Source: Octopus vulgaris (taxonomy: Eukaryota). From it: 64,000 bases of DNA. The notes below the pieces were generated by a model. That model worked only from the letters and a program-made list of their open reading frames with translations. It made no database searches and was not told where the DNA came from. Positions within the stretch are counted from its first letter, which is position 1. Every line of letters begins with the position of its first letter. Where the stretch lies: contig OX597814.1 of NCBI GenBank assembly GCA_951406725.2, positions 21,514,001 to 21,578,000 on the forward strand. The letters are read 5' to 3'. The position numbers and the translations under genes are program-made. Shown in pieces: positions 12,498 to 26,700 of this stretch.

Positions 12498-13880
12498 ATG
12501 AGGACGGGCTGAATAGTTCCTAGACTGACTCTGAAGGAGCTGACGCTATAACTGTGGAATCTTGCGTACATTAATTTCATCTCTTCTTACTACATTATCA
12601 GGTAAACTGACGTTTGACTTCAAAGAAGACTTCAACAGTAAATAGTAGCGACTTCTCTTGAAAATCAACAAAATTTGGCATCGTGAAGTTATCATGTACC
12701 TGCAAAAGAATTTGTTAGCTCCCAAAGACATTCATGCTGATATGATTGCTACATTAAGAGGTGACACTCCAGCTTTATTAACAGTGCAAAAGGGGGAAGC
12801 TAAATTTAGGAGGAGAATGGAGAGTCTTGAACATGACCCAAGGTCTGGACTCCTGCAACAGCTATCATTGAGAAAAACGTTAATCGTAGCGGCGGATGAT
12901 ATGTGACTGGTTGTAAATCAAATAACTAATGCAGAGTTCAAAATATTCTTCACAATGAACTTGGCGTGACGAAGGTTTCTGCTCAGTGGGAGTCACGTCA
13001 AAAGTGCACAAGGGTGATTACGTCACAGGAAAATCTGATATTGTTTCAGAGAGATCCAGCTGGCTTCCTTGAACTTTTCGTAACCCAGGGTGAGTGTTGG
13101 GTTCGTCACTTTGAGACAGGGACAAAGAGACAATTCATGCAATGGAAACACCCCTTCTCACCTGCTCTAAAGACGGCCAAGGTCGTTTCACCTGAGGAGA
13201 AGGTAATGTCCTCAGTATTTTGAGATTCAAAAAGCATCCATCAATGGAGAGTACAGTAAACCTCCGTCATATCTTGGTTTACCTATCGCGGTTTATTTTT
13301 TAAGCTTACATCGATTCCTCCGTGGTGTTGTTTTGCATTTATAATAAAATAAATATATACAAATTATAAAATAAAATAAATATACAGTAGAGTATTTGTT
13401 TCTACATCGCGACCTATCGCAGGTTGTTTTGGAACGTAAAATCCGCGATAGTCGGGGGATTACTGTACTATGCTAATGTACTGAGGCAGTTACGAAAGGT
13501 TACTAAGACCAAATACCCAGGAAAACTGACGAAAGTAGACTTGTTTCATTAGGACAATGCTCCAGTACACAAGCCCTTGGTTTGAAAGGCTGCTCTGCTT
13601 GACTGTGGCTTTGAACTGGTTATTCACCCTCCCTATTCTACTGATTTGTTCCCATCTGACTATCAGCCTTCCCCAACAGGAAAAAACACTTGGCTGGGAA
13701 CCAGTATCACAATGATGATGACGTCATATTTACTGCTGATGACTTTTTATTAACAATCGGATCGAAGCACAGCAACTCCGATGGAAGAAGTCTGTGGACT
13801 ATGTTGAACAATAAACGTCATTTTTCGCATTCTATGAGAGTATCATGGTCAGCCTATGAAATTTTCAGCCAACCATTTTA
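12498..13880 (+). mobile_element. Decayed near-full-length mariner transposon (second family)
   Basis: TIR-like gggctgaatagttcctagactgac / gtcagcctatgaaattttcagcc; ORF fragments (SLEHDPRSG, VTQGECWVRHF, SPEEKVMSSVF), DNAPVH and HPPYSTDLFPSDY motifs with stops and frameshifts. Confidence 0.88.
13254..13465. mobile_element. Tigger/pogo-type MITE nested in the mariner transposase at a TA
   Basis: TA|cagtaaacctccg ... cgggggattactg|TA; removing it rejoins atcaatggagag-ta-ctatgctaat (INGEYYAN). Confidence 0.85.
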
Positions 13881-13953
13881 TGTATGTGTGTGTGCGTGTG
13901 TGGGTCTGTGCGTGTGTATATCTGTATATGTATATATCGTGTAAGTTTTTGAC

Positions 13954-14732
13954 TGGCGGAGGATGATCACGTGATTAGACTAAGGAATTTTTATAAGTTC
14001 ACCGCTACGTCCGTGCGTTAATGTCATTTGACAACATTTTCTGTGCCATAAGTTAAGGCTGGCACGGTTGCGACATAGATTCATTCTGTTACTTGATATC
14101 CACATGTACCTCAGATTATTAAGGCCTAGCAGGTATCCTCAGTGGATTCGCATTAAACTTAACTAATTTTAGCCAGGACCTCAAGTTCCTTTTTACTCTA
14201 CATAAAGAAAAATCTAACAACCTTAACTTTTGGCACAATCATAACTTTTTCTAGTGCGATACTAATTTTCTCGTACGATATTAACTCAAGAATTTAGTGG
14301 AGAACAATATTGTATGCCTTCATACATACGTACAAATCATAATCATTCAGCCAGTGGACTACATACAAACAACTTCTGTCCACTCTACCACTTGACTAAT
14401 TAAATTTAGAAAGCCTTGGTCACGTGGTACTGACGTTCACTCAACCGTATCAGCCGTAACTGTTGTAAAAAATATTGTCACGTGACATTAACGTACGGAC
14501 GTAGCAGGACAGTTACGAACATTTCTAAGTCTAATCACGTGGTTATTATCTGCAATACATGACATATTAAATTTAGAGACCCTTGATTGTTTCGGACTAT
14601 GGCTAGACACGTTCATTCAACAGTGTCAGCTTTAACTTACCTCGCAAAAAATACTGTTACATGACATTAAAGTACGGATGCAACGGGGTACTTGCAAAAT
14701 TTCTAAATTTAATCACGTGATCGTCCTCAGCC
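13954..14732. mobile_element. MITE-like element with ~90-bp imperfect TIRs and an internal ~175-bp duplication
   Basis: ggcggaggatgatcacgtgattaga...gtccgtgcgttaatgtca mirrored at 14465-14545 and again at 14650-14732 (tgacattaa.gtacgga...taatcacgtgatcgtcctcagcc). Confidence 0.65.
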
Positions 14733-14939
14733 AAGCAAATTGCATGCTAAACAGATACTAATTTGAGCCATATTCTCTTTATGAAAACAAGAAAAATTTC
14801 GAGCCCCGGTCATAAGGAAGATAGTTGCAGCAAAGCTCCACGTCTTTCTATCTCACTTAACTTTTGAAAATCAAAAAGGAATTGTGAAACCGGTTAAGCA
14901 TTTTCGATTTCTTTTTCCTATATTTCTACCATATATATA

Positions 14940-14983
<44 letters not shown>

Positions 14984-15149
14984 CACACACATACATACAT
15001 GCATACATATATATATATATATAATATTTAAGCATAGGCATACACACGGAAAGACCAGTAAGTTCAGAGGCGCACCCTCCCATGTATATATACACAGTTC
15101 ATATCAATATTTACATACAGCTCTTATATACACACACGATTAACTTCAA

Positions 15150-15300
15150 ATGCCTTACGGTATTTTTCCGATTCTTCAGGTTCTGAGTTCAAACCTCGCC
15201 GGTTTCGAAGTTAATAAAATGAAGTACTAGTGAAATACTGAGGTCAACTATATCGGACGAAATTCCTCGCCTAGCCTTGTGACTTTAATTACAAACAATT
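15150..15300 (+). mobile_element. Decayed SINE family A fragment
   Basis: ggtattttt...ttctgagttcaaa...aagtactagtgaaatactgaggtc. Confidence 0.5.
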
Positions 15301-15839
15301 ATCTTTTAATATTGTTTACATTTTTTATCTCCATCTATACTTTTTTGATAGCCAGTATCTAATGTTTAATGTATTATAGCATTTTTCTAGTGTTCTGATT
15401 TCCATGTAACTGTGATATTAATTCATAAACGATATTTTTGTTTTTATGCGTTATTCAAACATCATTCCACAAATGGTACAAAGTTCACAATAGGAAAAAA
15501 TTAACAATATAACTATTCTTTCTGTATAAATGTAAAACAAATAAATAGGCTAATTTTCTGGTTACTACACTTGCTATATTATTACCATCAGACTACTATT
15601 CTTCTTAATTTGTATTGACTTATATTTATCACCTTGCATCTTTGTGAATTTGTTATAGTCATAATTGAATGACTCTTCTATAGTACAACGCAAATTGATG
15701 ATTCATTGGCTTAGCTGTAATATATATTACGACATACACATTTAATAGCATATAGTTGTTTTAACCTGTATCATGTGCTTTTATCTAAGTGACGTAAGGA
15801 GAGATTTGTGAATACCACAGTATTTTTTAGGAGTACTGA

Positions 15840-16326
<487 letters not shown>

Positions 16327-16749
16327 TAAAATTTATTTAAAACTATAAAAAATTAAGTCCTAAATGTTGAAAAAACAAATTCAGATTATCCACTTATTAA
16401 AGATAGGTAATATTTAGAAAATGTTGATAAAGAGAAAATTGGGGGGGGAAAAAATTTCTTAACAATTTTTCTGCCTTCTAATCAGTGATTGGTGATAGAT
16501 TATGTCAATAACAAAAATATTTTATCTTGGAAGTTCTATACAAAGTTATTAATGGGAAAATGATTTCTTTTCTCTTTTTTAATTTAAAATGAGTCGAAAG
16601 TTCTTAATTGCTATTCGCAATATATTCAGCATCTCACGACCATAATTCACTAATCATTTTCCCTATATACATTGCTTACTTATTGAAACGATTTATGGGA
16701 AATAACCGAAGCAAGTTTTGGAAAAGTGCCAAAAGGTTGTTTTGTTATT

Positions 16750-16920
<171 letters not shown>

Positions 16921-17484
16921 ACTTATTTTTTTATTTTTTGTAAACAAGGACCACTTTCTTGAAATATATCCGCTTCCTTGGCGCTAATCACTGTACGTTT
17001 TACTGCAGACATACTTGTCGAACGCATAGCGAGAACAAAATAAACGGTATTATTTTGAAACAGTCAATATTTGTGAGCGTGATGAAGTATATTGAGAGAC
17101 AGAGCAAATTGCAGCAGTCAAAATTAGAAGAGAAAATAGATTTAACTGGAATCTGTGTCTAATCCTGAATGGGATACGTTCTGCTTTACTTAAATGTTTA
17201 TTAGAGTGATGTATTAGTAATCGATTTAGCATTTGATATATTGGTTTAGAATTATATACTTAATTCAGTATCAATTTTCAGATCAGCTCAATTATTGTAG
17301 TCGGTAGTTCTCATTTCGTCTTATAGATGAAGGCTGCTTGATAATAAATGTTTGGAAAAGGGAATTACTTTCAGAAGATAGGCATTTTCGAAAATTATTT
17401 AGTGTAATAACTTCATCATAATTTCAATACCAATGCTATCAAAAGATTTTCGAGAAGATTAGGCTTTGATAGTGAGAGTTTCAA

Positions 17485-17702
17485 TATTGATTTCAAATTT
17501 TGACACAAGGCCAGTAATTTCGAGGAAGGGAGTAAGTTGATTACATTGACCCAGTTCTCAACTGGTACCGTTTTATTGACACCGAAAGGATGAAAAGCAA
17601 AGACGACCTTGGTGAAGTTTAAAACTCAGAAGGTAGCGATGGACGAAATGCTGCTAAGCGTTTCCCTCGGCATGCTAATGATTCTGCCAGCCCGCCACCT
17701 TA
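17485..17702 (-). mobile_element. SINE family A copy
   Basis: gacacaaggccagtaatttcg...gaaaggatgaaaagcaaag...ctaatgattctgccagc. Confidence 0.8.
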
Positions 17703-17718
17703 GTAAGAGGAACAATAA

Positions 17719-17853
17719 TTATGAGCCAGGCGTGGCTCGAGAAGGAACTTACTCCAACCCACGAAATTGCTGGCCTTGTGCCAAACTTTGGCACAAGGCC
17801 AGCAATTTCGTGGGTTGGAGTAAGTTCCTTCTCGAGCCACGCCTGGCTCATAA
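17719..17853. repeat. Perfect palindrome, 67-bp arms with a 1-nt spacer (17786)
   Basis: ttatgagccagg...cttgtgccaaa-c-tttggcacaag...cctggctcataa. Confidence 0.95.
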
Positions 17854-18100
17854 GGGCCGATTTCCCGGTTTCCTTGGCGTATAGGTTCCCCACCTGGACG
17901 GGACGCCAATCCGTCGCAGGTGAGATGCAAGATGCAGGAGGAAAGAGTGAGAGAAAGTTGTGGCGAAAGAGTCAGCAGAAGTTCGCCACCAACTCCTGCC
18001 GAGCTTAGGTGTTTCGCTCATAAACACACACATCGCCCGGTCTGAGATTCGAAACTGTGATCCCTCGACCACGAGTCCGCTGCTCTAACCACTAGGCCAT
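17826..18100 (-). mobile_element. tRNA-derived SINE (family D) inserted into a family A SINE, TSD gtaagt
   Basis: Minus-strand head tggcctagtggttagagc...tttcgaatc; gtaagt at 17820-17825 and 18101-18106; host SINE resumes at 18107-18270. Confidence 0.82.
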
Positions 18101-18272
18101 GTAAGTCGATAACATTGGTCCCATTGTTCAACCGGTACTTATTTTATTGATCTCGAAAGAATGAAAGATAAAGTCGACTCCGGTGGCATTTGAACTCAGA
18201 ACGTAAAGTCGGAAGAAATGCCGCTAAGCATTTTGCTTGGAGCAGTAATAATTGTGCCAGCTCGCCGCCTTT
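18101..18272 (-). mobile_element. SINE family A (host; its 3' end lies at 17787-17825)
   Basis: gtcgat...ggtacttattttattga...aaagtcgac...tttgaactcagaacgtaaa...gccagctcgccgcc. Confidence 0.85.
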
Positions 18273-21029
18273 TTAACAGTAACAATATTAAAATTTCTTT
18301 TTAGAAAAGTAAACCCAATGACTATCCATTAAAAGCATTTCTTAAAATTTCAGGTTTCAGCGAATAGCGTTTCCTAAGTAATCTATTTGCTCACTTTGGC
18401 TTTTGTTGTACAATTACAACTACCCGATTTTCTAAGATAGAAAGTTATTTTAGTCAAAGATAAATTTCATTATTTGTATTTGTACATGTGAGTATCATCA
18501 GGCGTTTTTTGATTACAGTCATTTCTTATTGTAGTTGTTTTAAAAAAAATTCAGAATAATCCAACAAAAATAATTGCTATAACTCAATTATTTTTTTTCA
18601 ATTTTCAAACAATAATTCATTAATTGTACTTGGAGATAACACTTTTCCTCGAACTGAATTATCAACTAGACAGTCGGCGATGGTGGGAGCTTGAAAATAT
18701 TTTGAACTCTCTCGTATGGGCACAGTGTTCTCATTAACTCAACTCTAATGTTTTATTTGCCGTCATTTTATTGCTTCAAGCGCTGATAGTAAACGTATCA
18801 TAAGTTTTAAATTTATAATTTACAGTTGTAAAACTATATTATTAACACTCACTTATTGTACTCAATCTTGTATATATATTATTTAAGAACACAAATGGAA
18901 TACAAACATGCTAATTGTTAAGAAATACATTGTCAATTAGAGATGTTAAAATATATTGGTTTGATCTTTATGTAAAGTAATTTTAAACTGGAATAGAATC
19001 TGGATCAGACATTCAACTTATTGTGAATTAACAACAATCACGGTTTCTGAAGTTGCGTCACAAGTTTAAAGAAAGAAAATAATAAAACTTTGCCACGTTA
19101 ATGCATTTCCGATGATGTAAATATACTCAATTAGAATTGATCTGTTATCGACACTTCATTCCTGGGTGAATAACGGTAATTTTTTTGATACAGTAGAAGG
19201 GTGAATATATTCCTGGATTAGCAGCAAATTAGAATTAGTAGTACGAGCAGTAGTATTCTTGCTGTAACAATACACTTTTGAAGCATCTAGTGTATAAATA
19301 GCAACAATGTCAATGCTAACCCATCATGTTAGATGAAAATATTGAAATGCTAACGGAAGAACTGCAACATTGCGAAAGTGCTGAATTAAATTGTAATTAG
19401 TATTTAGTTTGAGTTCCCTCACAAAGTTCAAATACATCAAAGTCATTTGTTTTTCATTTCATTGAAAGTTATAAATAAGTAATTTATCTGAACCAATTCA
19501 ATCGACCGATCGGTTGATCTCTCTCTGCTGTAAACTTGTCCGTTTGCACTATATCTCTCTAAAGATGGTATCTGTCGAATGGAATACGAGAGTTGATTAT
19601 CTACACGGAGTAAAATATTAAAATTCCCCATTTTAGTGAAGGTGAATCCTTGAGTAGTTTGGTCATTTACATTGAATTTAACACAACCAATGAAAATTTA
19701 GCGATAAGAACATGCAGTGAATATTTTCTCTGAATTAATCAAGAATGTCATGTTAAATGACCAATGGGCAACTTGACCGGCTTAATATATTTAATGTGAC
19801 CAGATCGACTTTAGCTCTCCTGAAGAAATATCTTTACACTCGGTTAAGTGGAAAAATTAGCCGATTAGTGATGTTTTAGAATGATTTCTAATGCTTAAGT
19901 TACTCTTTCCGTGCTTGGAAGGATAAATAAGCAGTAAAAGTGACTTTCCAGAAAATTCTCACCATCTCAGCTTTTAAGAGAGAAGAAAAATTATGTATTT
20001 CTTCAGTATTAGTATCTGGAAGGAATGATGAAATGCTTTCCGAAAACAGTTTGTTCGATCGTAGGAAGAAATCGAAGAATAAATATAGAAAGTAGTACAT
20101 CTGACTGAAGCCAGAATTGATAGAATAAAATAAAGAATAATTACATTTGATTAATTAAATCTATTGATTTTTTTTTACTACTCATACAAAATTTATCTTT
20201 AAAAGCTCTACCAAAGTATGGATTGTAGCTATTCTGGTTTAAAAGCAACATAACAAAGCAGAGTAGTTTGTGTACTTCTCTTTACAGAATAGGTCAATGC
20301 TGATTAAGATTTAAAAAACTTCCACTTGCACTGTTTAGTTATAAAACTGGTAATCACTCTTGAAAATTGATTAAATATATTTGCATTTAATGTCACTTTG
20401 GTAACGCAGATGATAAGAAAATAAAGTCAATAAATGATTTTCATTCTATGGAAAATATCTTAAAACTGATTAGAAGACAGGAGATTTTTAGAACGGCTAT
20501 ATTTCACACAATTTTTTTTCGCCATAACCATTACTGTGCATTCTTTGTCATTTTCTTTAAGGCAATAATTAATTACGCCAATTAGAAACGCATTTTTATT
20601 TCTTTCTTTGTTTACTAACAAGCAAAGTCTACGCACTGAAGCTTAACATGCCGGAAAACCTAATTATGTATTTTGAAACAAATCTCATGTTAGAGCAATT
20701 TTTTTACCACATAACTGAAATGTAGTTTATTTTGACTAAATACACCTCGAAATAAGCTATATTTTTAAAGGAAAATTAAATTTGTTTCCATTATTTCTTT
20801 AAGGTTATGTAATATGACAATTTCCTATGATTGCTTTGAAGTGAAATACACGTCGATAAAAACATTTTAAGAACGATCCAGAAGGTAGGCCAGCTTCAGT
20901 CTTGCTATTGTGATGTATCTAGAAAACAATACTGTAATTTGACTTGGTTCTTGGAGCTTTTAGTAAAAAAATTATCAAGCGCCATAAAACTGTCTCCAGG
21001 AATTATATTCTTCTATGTAATTGCTTAGA

Positions 21030-21553
21030 AACGTAACACCCACTACTGCGAGTGTTACGTTCCAAAACGCCCCGAGATAGGTGAAAATCCGCGAAGTAGA
21101 AACAGTACTGTATAGGAAATAATTTTTATTATTATTTTTATAATTTGTATATATTTATTTTACTATTTTTATATATTTAAGCTTTTTAGGAGTACTCATG
21201 TCTTCTCTTTATGCCTCCTGAGTTTCGTTTTCCATATAGTATGTGTGACTCTTTGTTTACTCATCTACAGTACATTACGTATTTTCTCTTAATATATTTT
21301 AATTAACGTGTTATACAGTGCAGTACTATACTGCATTTTTATTTATTAATTTATTAATTAATTATTAGGCTTGAAAGTACTTATTTTACCACAGAAACAA
21401 TTAAAATAAAAGAATTATATAATTACCTATCGGCCGCAGAAACCCGCGATATATTGAGGAGTCCGCGATATAAATTTACATATATTAGGCAGAAAAATCT
21501 GCGATGTACTGAGGGTGCGATAGGTGGACCGCGATATGGTGAGTGATCATTGT
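21030..21553. mobile_element. Longer copy of the Tigger/pogo-type MITE family seen at 13254
   Basis: ttacgttccaaaac...gataggt...gtagaaaca...tttataatttgtatatatttattt and gcgataggt..accgcgatatgg match the reverse complement of 13254-13465. Confidence 0.7.
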
Positions 21554-22617
21554 ATATCGACACCAATAGAACGCATTCTTTGATGGTGCTTCCAACTATT
21601 GTTGTTAATTTTGTTGCTGATGTTGCTGTTTACCACCGAAGCTTTCTGAAACGTTATTCAATATACCCGTTATTTTTTTCTTTAAGAAGGTTAAATGTTT
21701 GCTGCTATTTCGAGTAAGTCGAGCAACCACAATAGCTTCTTTCTTTGATTCGTGGTGGATAAACTAGTAGTCGAGAAAATAAGATTGATATTGTTACGTT
21801 TTCAAGATTAGATATTATACAACAAATAAAAAGTTTTGGTGATGCTCTTAACAACTGGCACTGAGTGTGTTTGTATTAGAGATATATCCGGATAAATGCT
21901 AGTATGTATTGCATGGATTGTAGCCTCAATAATGATGCTAATGCGTATTAAAATAGTAAAGAAACTTAATGAAACTGGTGAGGTTCGTGAGGTTGTTGTT
22001 GATGTACTTATGTTCATTATATTGAAGGGCTGGACACTTTAAAAGAACAACACATTCGAATATATTACTCATCTTCTGTTATGAATTTTTGTAATGCTTA
22101 AGTGAGTTTTTAAAATTTTTCATTGCTTGCTCATATGCGTTCTATTTTTTTATGTCAGTCTCACGATCAAAAGCTTACTTAAAAAGCATGTGGAGCCACT
22201 ACGATCGTAAAATTACTGCAGCGAGTTCTCAGGTTCTAAATTGTGATAAACAAGTTTTATATATTATACAAGGTTCAAAGTTATGTTCATTAAACATCTC
22301 AGTAACTTCCAATAACTTTCGCCTTTAATCTCTCTGAAATCTCTTGATAATTTCGAAAAGTGGAAGTAACTACAGTAAACAGGGTTTTCTTAGACAAACG
22401 TTATGTTATTCTGAATCTAATCGAAAGTAAATCGCTGTTAACAAAAGAATATTCTATTAATCTGATGAAGAAATCCCCAAACGGAAATTATCTTTTCAAT
22501 CAATAAAAATCAACAGCTCAATTTCTTTATCACATAGCCAGTAACATTAACATTACTCTGAAAATATTATCGATACTGGAATTACCCAAGTGTATATCTA
22601 AATGGAAACATTAGCAT

Positions 22618-22625
22618 ATATATAC

Positions 22626-22697
<72 letters not shown>

Positions 22698-22744
22698 GCG
22701 TGTGTGTGTGCGCGTGTGTGTGTGCGTGTGTGTGTATGTATATG

Positions 22745-22785
<41 letters not shown>

Positions 22786-22815
22786 ATGTACGTATATATA
22801 TATGCATGTATGTAT

Positions 22816-22849
<34 letters not shown>
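22618..22849. repeat. Compound (TA)n(TG)n(TA)n(GATA)n microsatellite
   Basis: Direct reading. Confidence 0.95.
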
Positions 22850-23599
22850 CAATATGAGGATATATTGATCACTACTGTGATCTAATTAGCAGAAAACGTT
22901 TTTGAAGGAGACTCGGTGGCCTAAATTGCATTAGCATTTATAAATATCATATAGAGCAAAAAGACATTTACTTTAACATTTTCTTTTACACACTTCTCTA
23001 GATAAAAAAAAAATCTGAATTTTTGTTCGCAACAAATTCTTGATCCGTAAAATGTTCCAAACTATAAGATTCCTAAATTTCGCGCTCCTGAAAATCATGT
23101 CGTTACCAAATTTCTGTAGCATTCGTAGAGGATGTAAAACTTGTAATTCTGGTTGTACTGTATACTAATACGATCGGCCATCATTGTGGTTCATCACCGC
23201 TATGGATTTTTGTCCGCCACTCATTGCCAATAACTGACAGGTGAATGAAAATTTAACTTTTCCTTCATATTTCTAGGAAGTATTTTCACGTTAGATAATA
23301 AAAAAATGTTTATTAGATAACTGTACCGTTAATTAATGTAAAACAAATATAAGATGTCGGTTATGCATGCTGGGAAAGGAGACGAGAGTTACTAAGACCT
23401 CGCCACCTAAGTACCAACGAGCCGGAAGCAACTTTCCGTAAGTTCGGGCTAACAGACTGTGAGGACTTGACTCGTTTCCAATACCTTATTTGTAAGAACA
23501 ATTATTGTACCGAGCGGACTTTATGCTGATCCAGCTCCCTAGCCTACGGCGCTCGGTCTCCTTATTTGCAATACGACAGCATTAAATGCTGGGCAATTA

Positions 23600-24760
23600 T
23601 GATACATTTAAAAATTAAAGCGCGTCTTATAATCTGTAGATACGATGCACTTCTAATTTTTACGTTCATGATTAGGATCATTATCAGTGATGACTTACAA
23701 TTTTTCCTCTGTAAATACCAACACTAGAACCACAATTTTGCTTTAAAAAATGTAGAGTGAATAAAATTTCTATATCCTCATCCTGCTTTGCAAATAGCTC
23801 TTGTTCTAACATCATCAGCTCCTCTTGAAATCCTAGCAACTCCAAGAAAATAATCTACGAAGTGTTTAAACCTTACATCATCTGTCAGCGATGAACATGT
23901 TTTGCTAGATTTGATGGAAAATCTGTAAAGCCACAGACACAGTCGGCCATACGTTTTGACTCCCCATAGTTGCTTCATCCGTAGCAGTTTCCCTTCATCT
24001 CATGACTCATTTCTGCTATTCACTGCAGCCATAATGCTGAACTTTCCGAGAGGTCTCACACAGTTGGTCTATTCTTTATATCATTGTGTTTGTGAGTTGC
24101 TTCAAACTTATCCTTAACTTTAGAGTTAAACATCGCAATTTCTACCGTTAACTGGAAAGATCGTTTAAGCTCATTTGGATAGTTTGATGAATTGTCTAAA
24201 GGAGAAATACTATCTTATAAGTATTTCACCAAAAGCATAGGTATATTAAATTTAGATTGCCTTTAGAGCTTTTGATTTGGGGAGTTATATAAATGAAAGG
24301 GTCTTAATTTCGTATCTTACCTGCATTTGCTCCAGCAAGAAGCATCAGCCGATTTTTGGAAAACTTTAAAGCTTGGTGCTGATTTTTCTTCACTAAAAAT
24401 AAAGTCAGTAGGCATATGCTTCTTAAAAAGGACCCAGTTTAATCAATATCTTACACTTGTTCCGGTATATAGATGTCCCTAGTAATAATTTTTATCAATT
24501 CCTCAGAATAATTTGTATTAGTCTCTGTATCAGCATTGGCAACTTCGCCGTTCACTTTAATGTTGTATAAATTAAGGCATTTTCAAAGCAGCCTTTAATT
24601 AAAAAAAATTGGTATCATAAGTTGCACATTCTACTTTCTGCTGATCGCCATACAAGCATTTATTTTTCACTTAAATAACCATTCTATTTATTAACGCATT
24701 AGTTCCAGTCCAATCATCGATCCACACTCTCAGGAGCCGTTTAATTTTAATTATTGCTTC
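23600..24760 (-). pseudogene. Heavily decayed Tigger/pogo (CENP-B-like) transposase
   Basis: Minus strand reads LYNIKVNGEVANADTE and (SE)EKSAPSFK...LLAGANAG...KLRP, matching Tigger motifs HNIKVxGEAASAD and EEKSAPGFK..RLTLLLGANASG; boundaries approximate. Confidence 0.7.
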
Positions 24761-26099
24761 ATATATACGACAAAACACTGCCTCGGCCATTTAATGGAGT
24801 AAATTATTGAGCAATTAACATGAATTTATTTTTTATTGTTAATTGTTCCTAATATAGACGCTACAAGTTTTTACGATCTTGCAGTATATTTGGGGTGTGG
24901 AGTTTCTTCGCAAAAAGTTTGTAAAACAGCGAATTTCTAAAGTCAAACTTAATCCATCTACGATGAACGTTCGCATTACTGCTTTCACTTCCAACTGTTG
25001 GTCTGTTTACAGTCATCTTGAATAAGGGTAATGTACTTAACTTTACGGATTAGTAGTTAAATCCAACAGTAACAGTGCTCATATGAGTGTACAATCCTAG
25101 GAAAGTAATGTTGTTCATAATCGGCAAAAAGTAGTCGCCTTATGAGTGGAAAAAATATAAGCTATAAATATATATTTTGGCACAACATTACAAATAAAAC
25201 AAATGAGCGCAAGAAGAGTGAAGATCTGTTAGAGTAAAGTAAGTAGAAAAACTCAGATCAGTTGAATTGTTGCACGGACAAATATGGTGAAGGACTGCTG
25301 ACGAAGAAGAGAATGGATGCTGGTGAGTATGAGATCAATGAAAAGCACTATTGGTACAGGCACAATCAAGATGAGAGACGAAAAAGAGAACGCGTGTGTG
25401 CTGACCAATTCGAACAAAATACCTATCGTGAATTTAGTTTTCTAAATTGTTGAAATTTATTCATTTCTGTATGGGTGGATTTAGAAACCGTACGTTAGTG
25501 GTCATACTCTACAATTTCCATAAGTACAGAATTCTAACACGCGCTTCATTTCTTCAAGTAACTTTGATTTATATAATGTTAATAGAGGGAAGCACATAGA
25601 CGTTCCTTATATCCTGGATGTAGCTGCTAATAATGATTTTTACCTTCATTTCAGTATCTTTATAATGAATGACAAAGCACATGGTCAAGTAATACATGTC
25701 TTAGCTAGAGGTAATGTATAGGAAATTAAAAGTATACGGCTTCAATTAGTTGGAAGGTAAACACATTTATAATGAAATGTCATATTTATTTCCCATATCG
25801 AAAATTTTATGAGCAATATTGTGAGCAGATATGAAACTCAAGTGAATAAATCACAATTTCATTTAATGCAATATAAATTTAATAACGTAAGCGAATAGTC
25901 ATTTTAGCTCTTTGATGTTCTGTATAGTTAACAATTCTACTGAAATACGTTTACATATACAACTTCTAATGATAAATAAGGCTATACATAACCTACAAAA
26001 TTTGTATGCCGCTGCGACGCTTACTTCAGAAATGATCCCTTAACAGCATATGATGTTGAAACACTAGCAGTTACGCTTCCTTCCTGCAATCTCATAGAA

Positions 26100-26700
26100 A
26101 TAATATACAAATCGTATTCTTTCTTTGTGTCAGCCAGACTATTTGATGTTCTTATACATCGCTGGTCTCAGTATGTTTCCATTCTTGCCCTGATTGATCC
26201 TTTCAATTTCACTTGAGTTTGAATTGTTTGTTAATGTCATCCTCCCATCGTCTCTCGAGTGATCTCTTCCGATTTCTTGCATACCACTCAACAACTGTAC
26301 AAGTTCATCAACTGCCTGTGATGCATGGTCTATATTAACTGTGCTTTGAGGACATCTTCAAGCTAGGCAAACGCCTTCCGCTCTGCATGAGATTTCAATG
26401 TTAACTTGGTATGTATTTATTGTCTGTCGCTAGCAGAAATACTTCTTTACTTTCTCAATTACATCGATTCCCAACTCAGTTCGGCTTTGTCTTGTGTTTT
26501 CGAATTGCATTGTTTTGTTTTCATGCAATTTATTTTGAGAATTATTGCTGAACACTGGATATCCAGTTTTCCCAGCATGGTATGAAGTTAATCTGAGGTT
26601 TCTGCAATGCGTATATTGGCTTCTGCAAATTGAAAGTGCTTTAGTAGCTCGCCATTGATGTTAAGGCTAATTTTCAAGAAAACAGTGTCTCTAATAACCA
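26100..26700 (-). mobile_element. Very decayed LINE (RTE-like) 3' fragment
   Basis: Minus-strand INGELLK and agacgatgggaggatgacatt (RRWEDDI) resemble an RT C-terminus. Confidence 0.35.

Noticed and set aside
22462-22495. ctgatga...gaaa motif
   Set aside because: No stem II or stem I pairing
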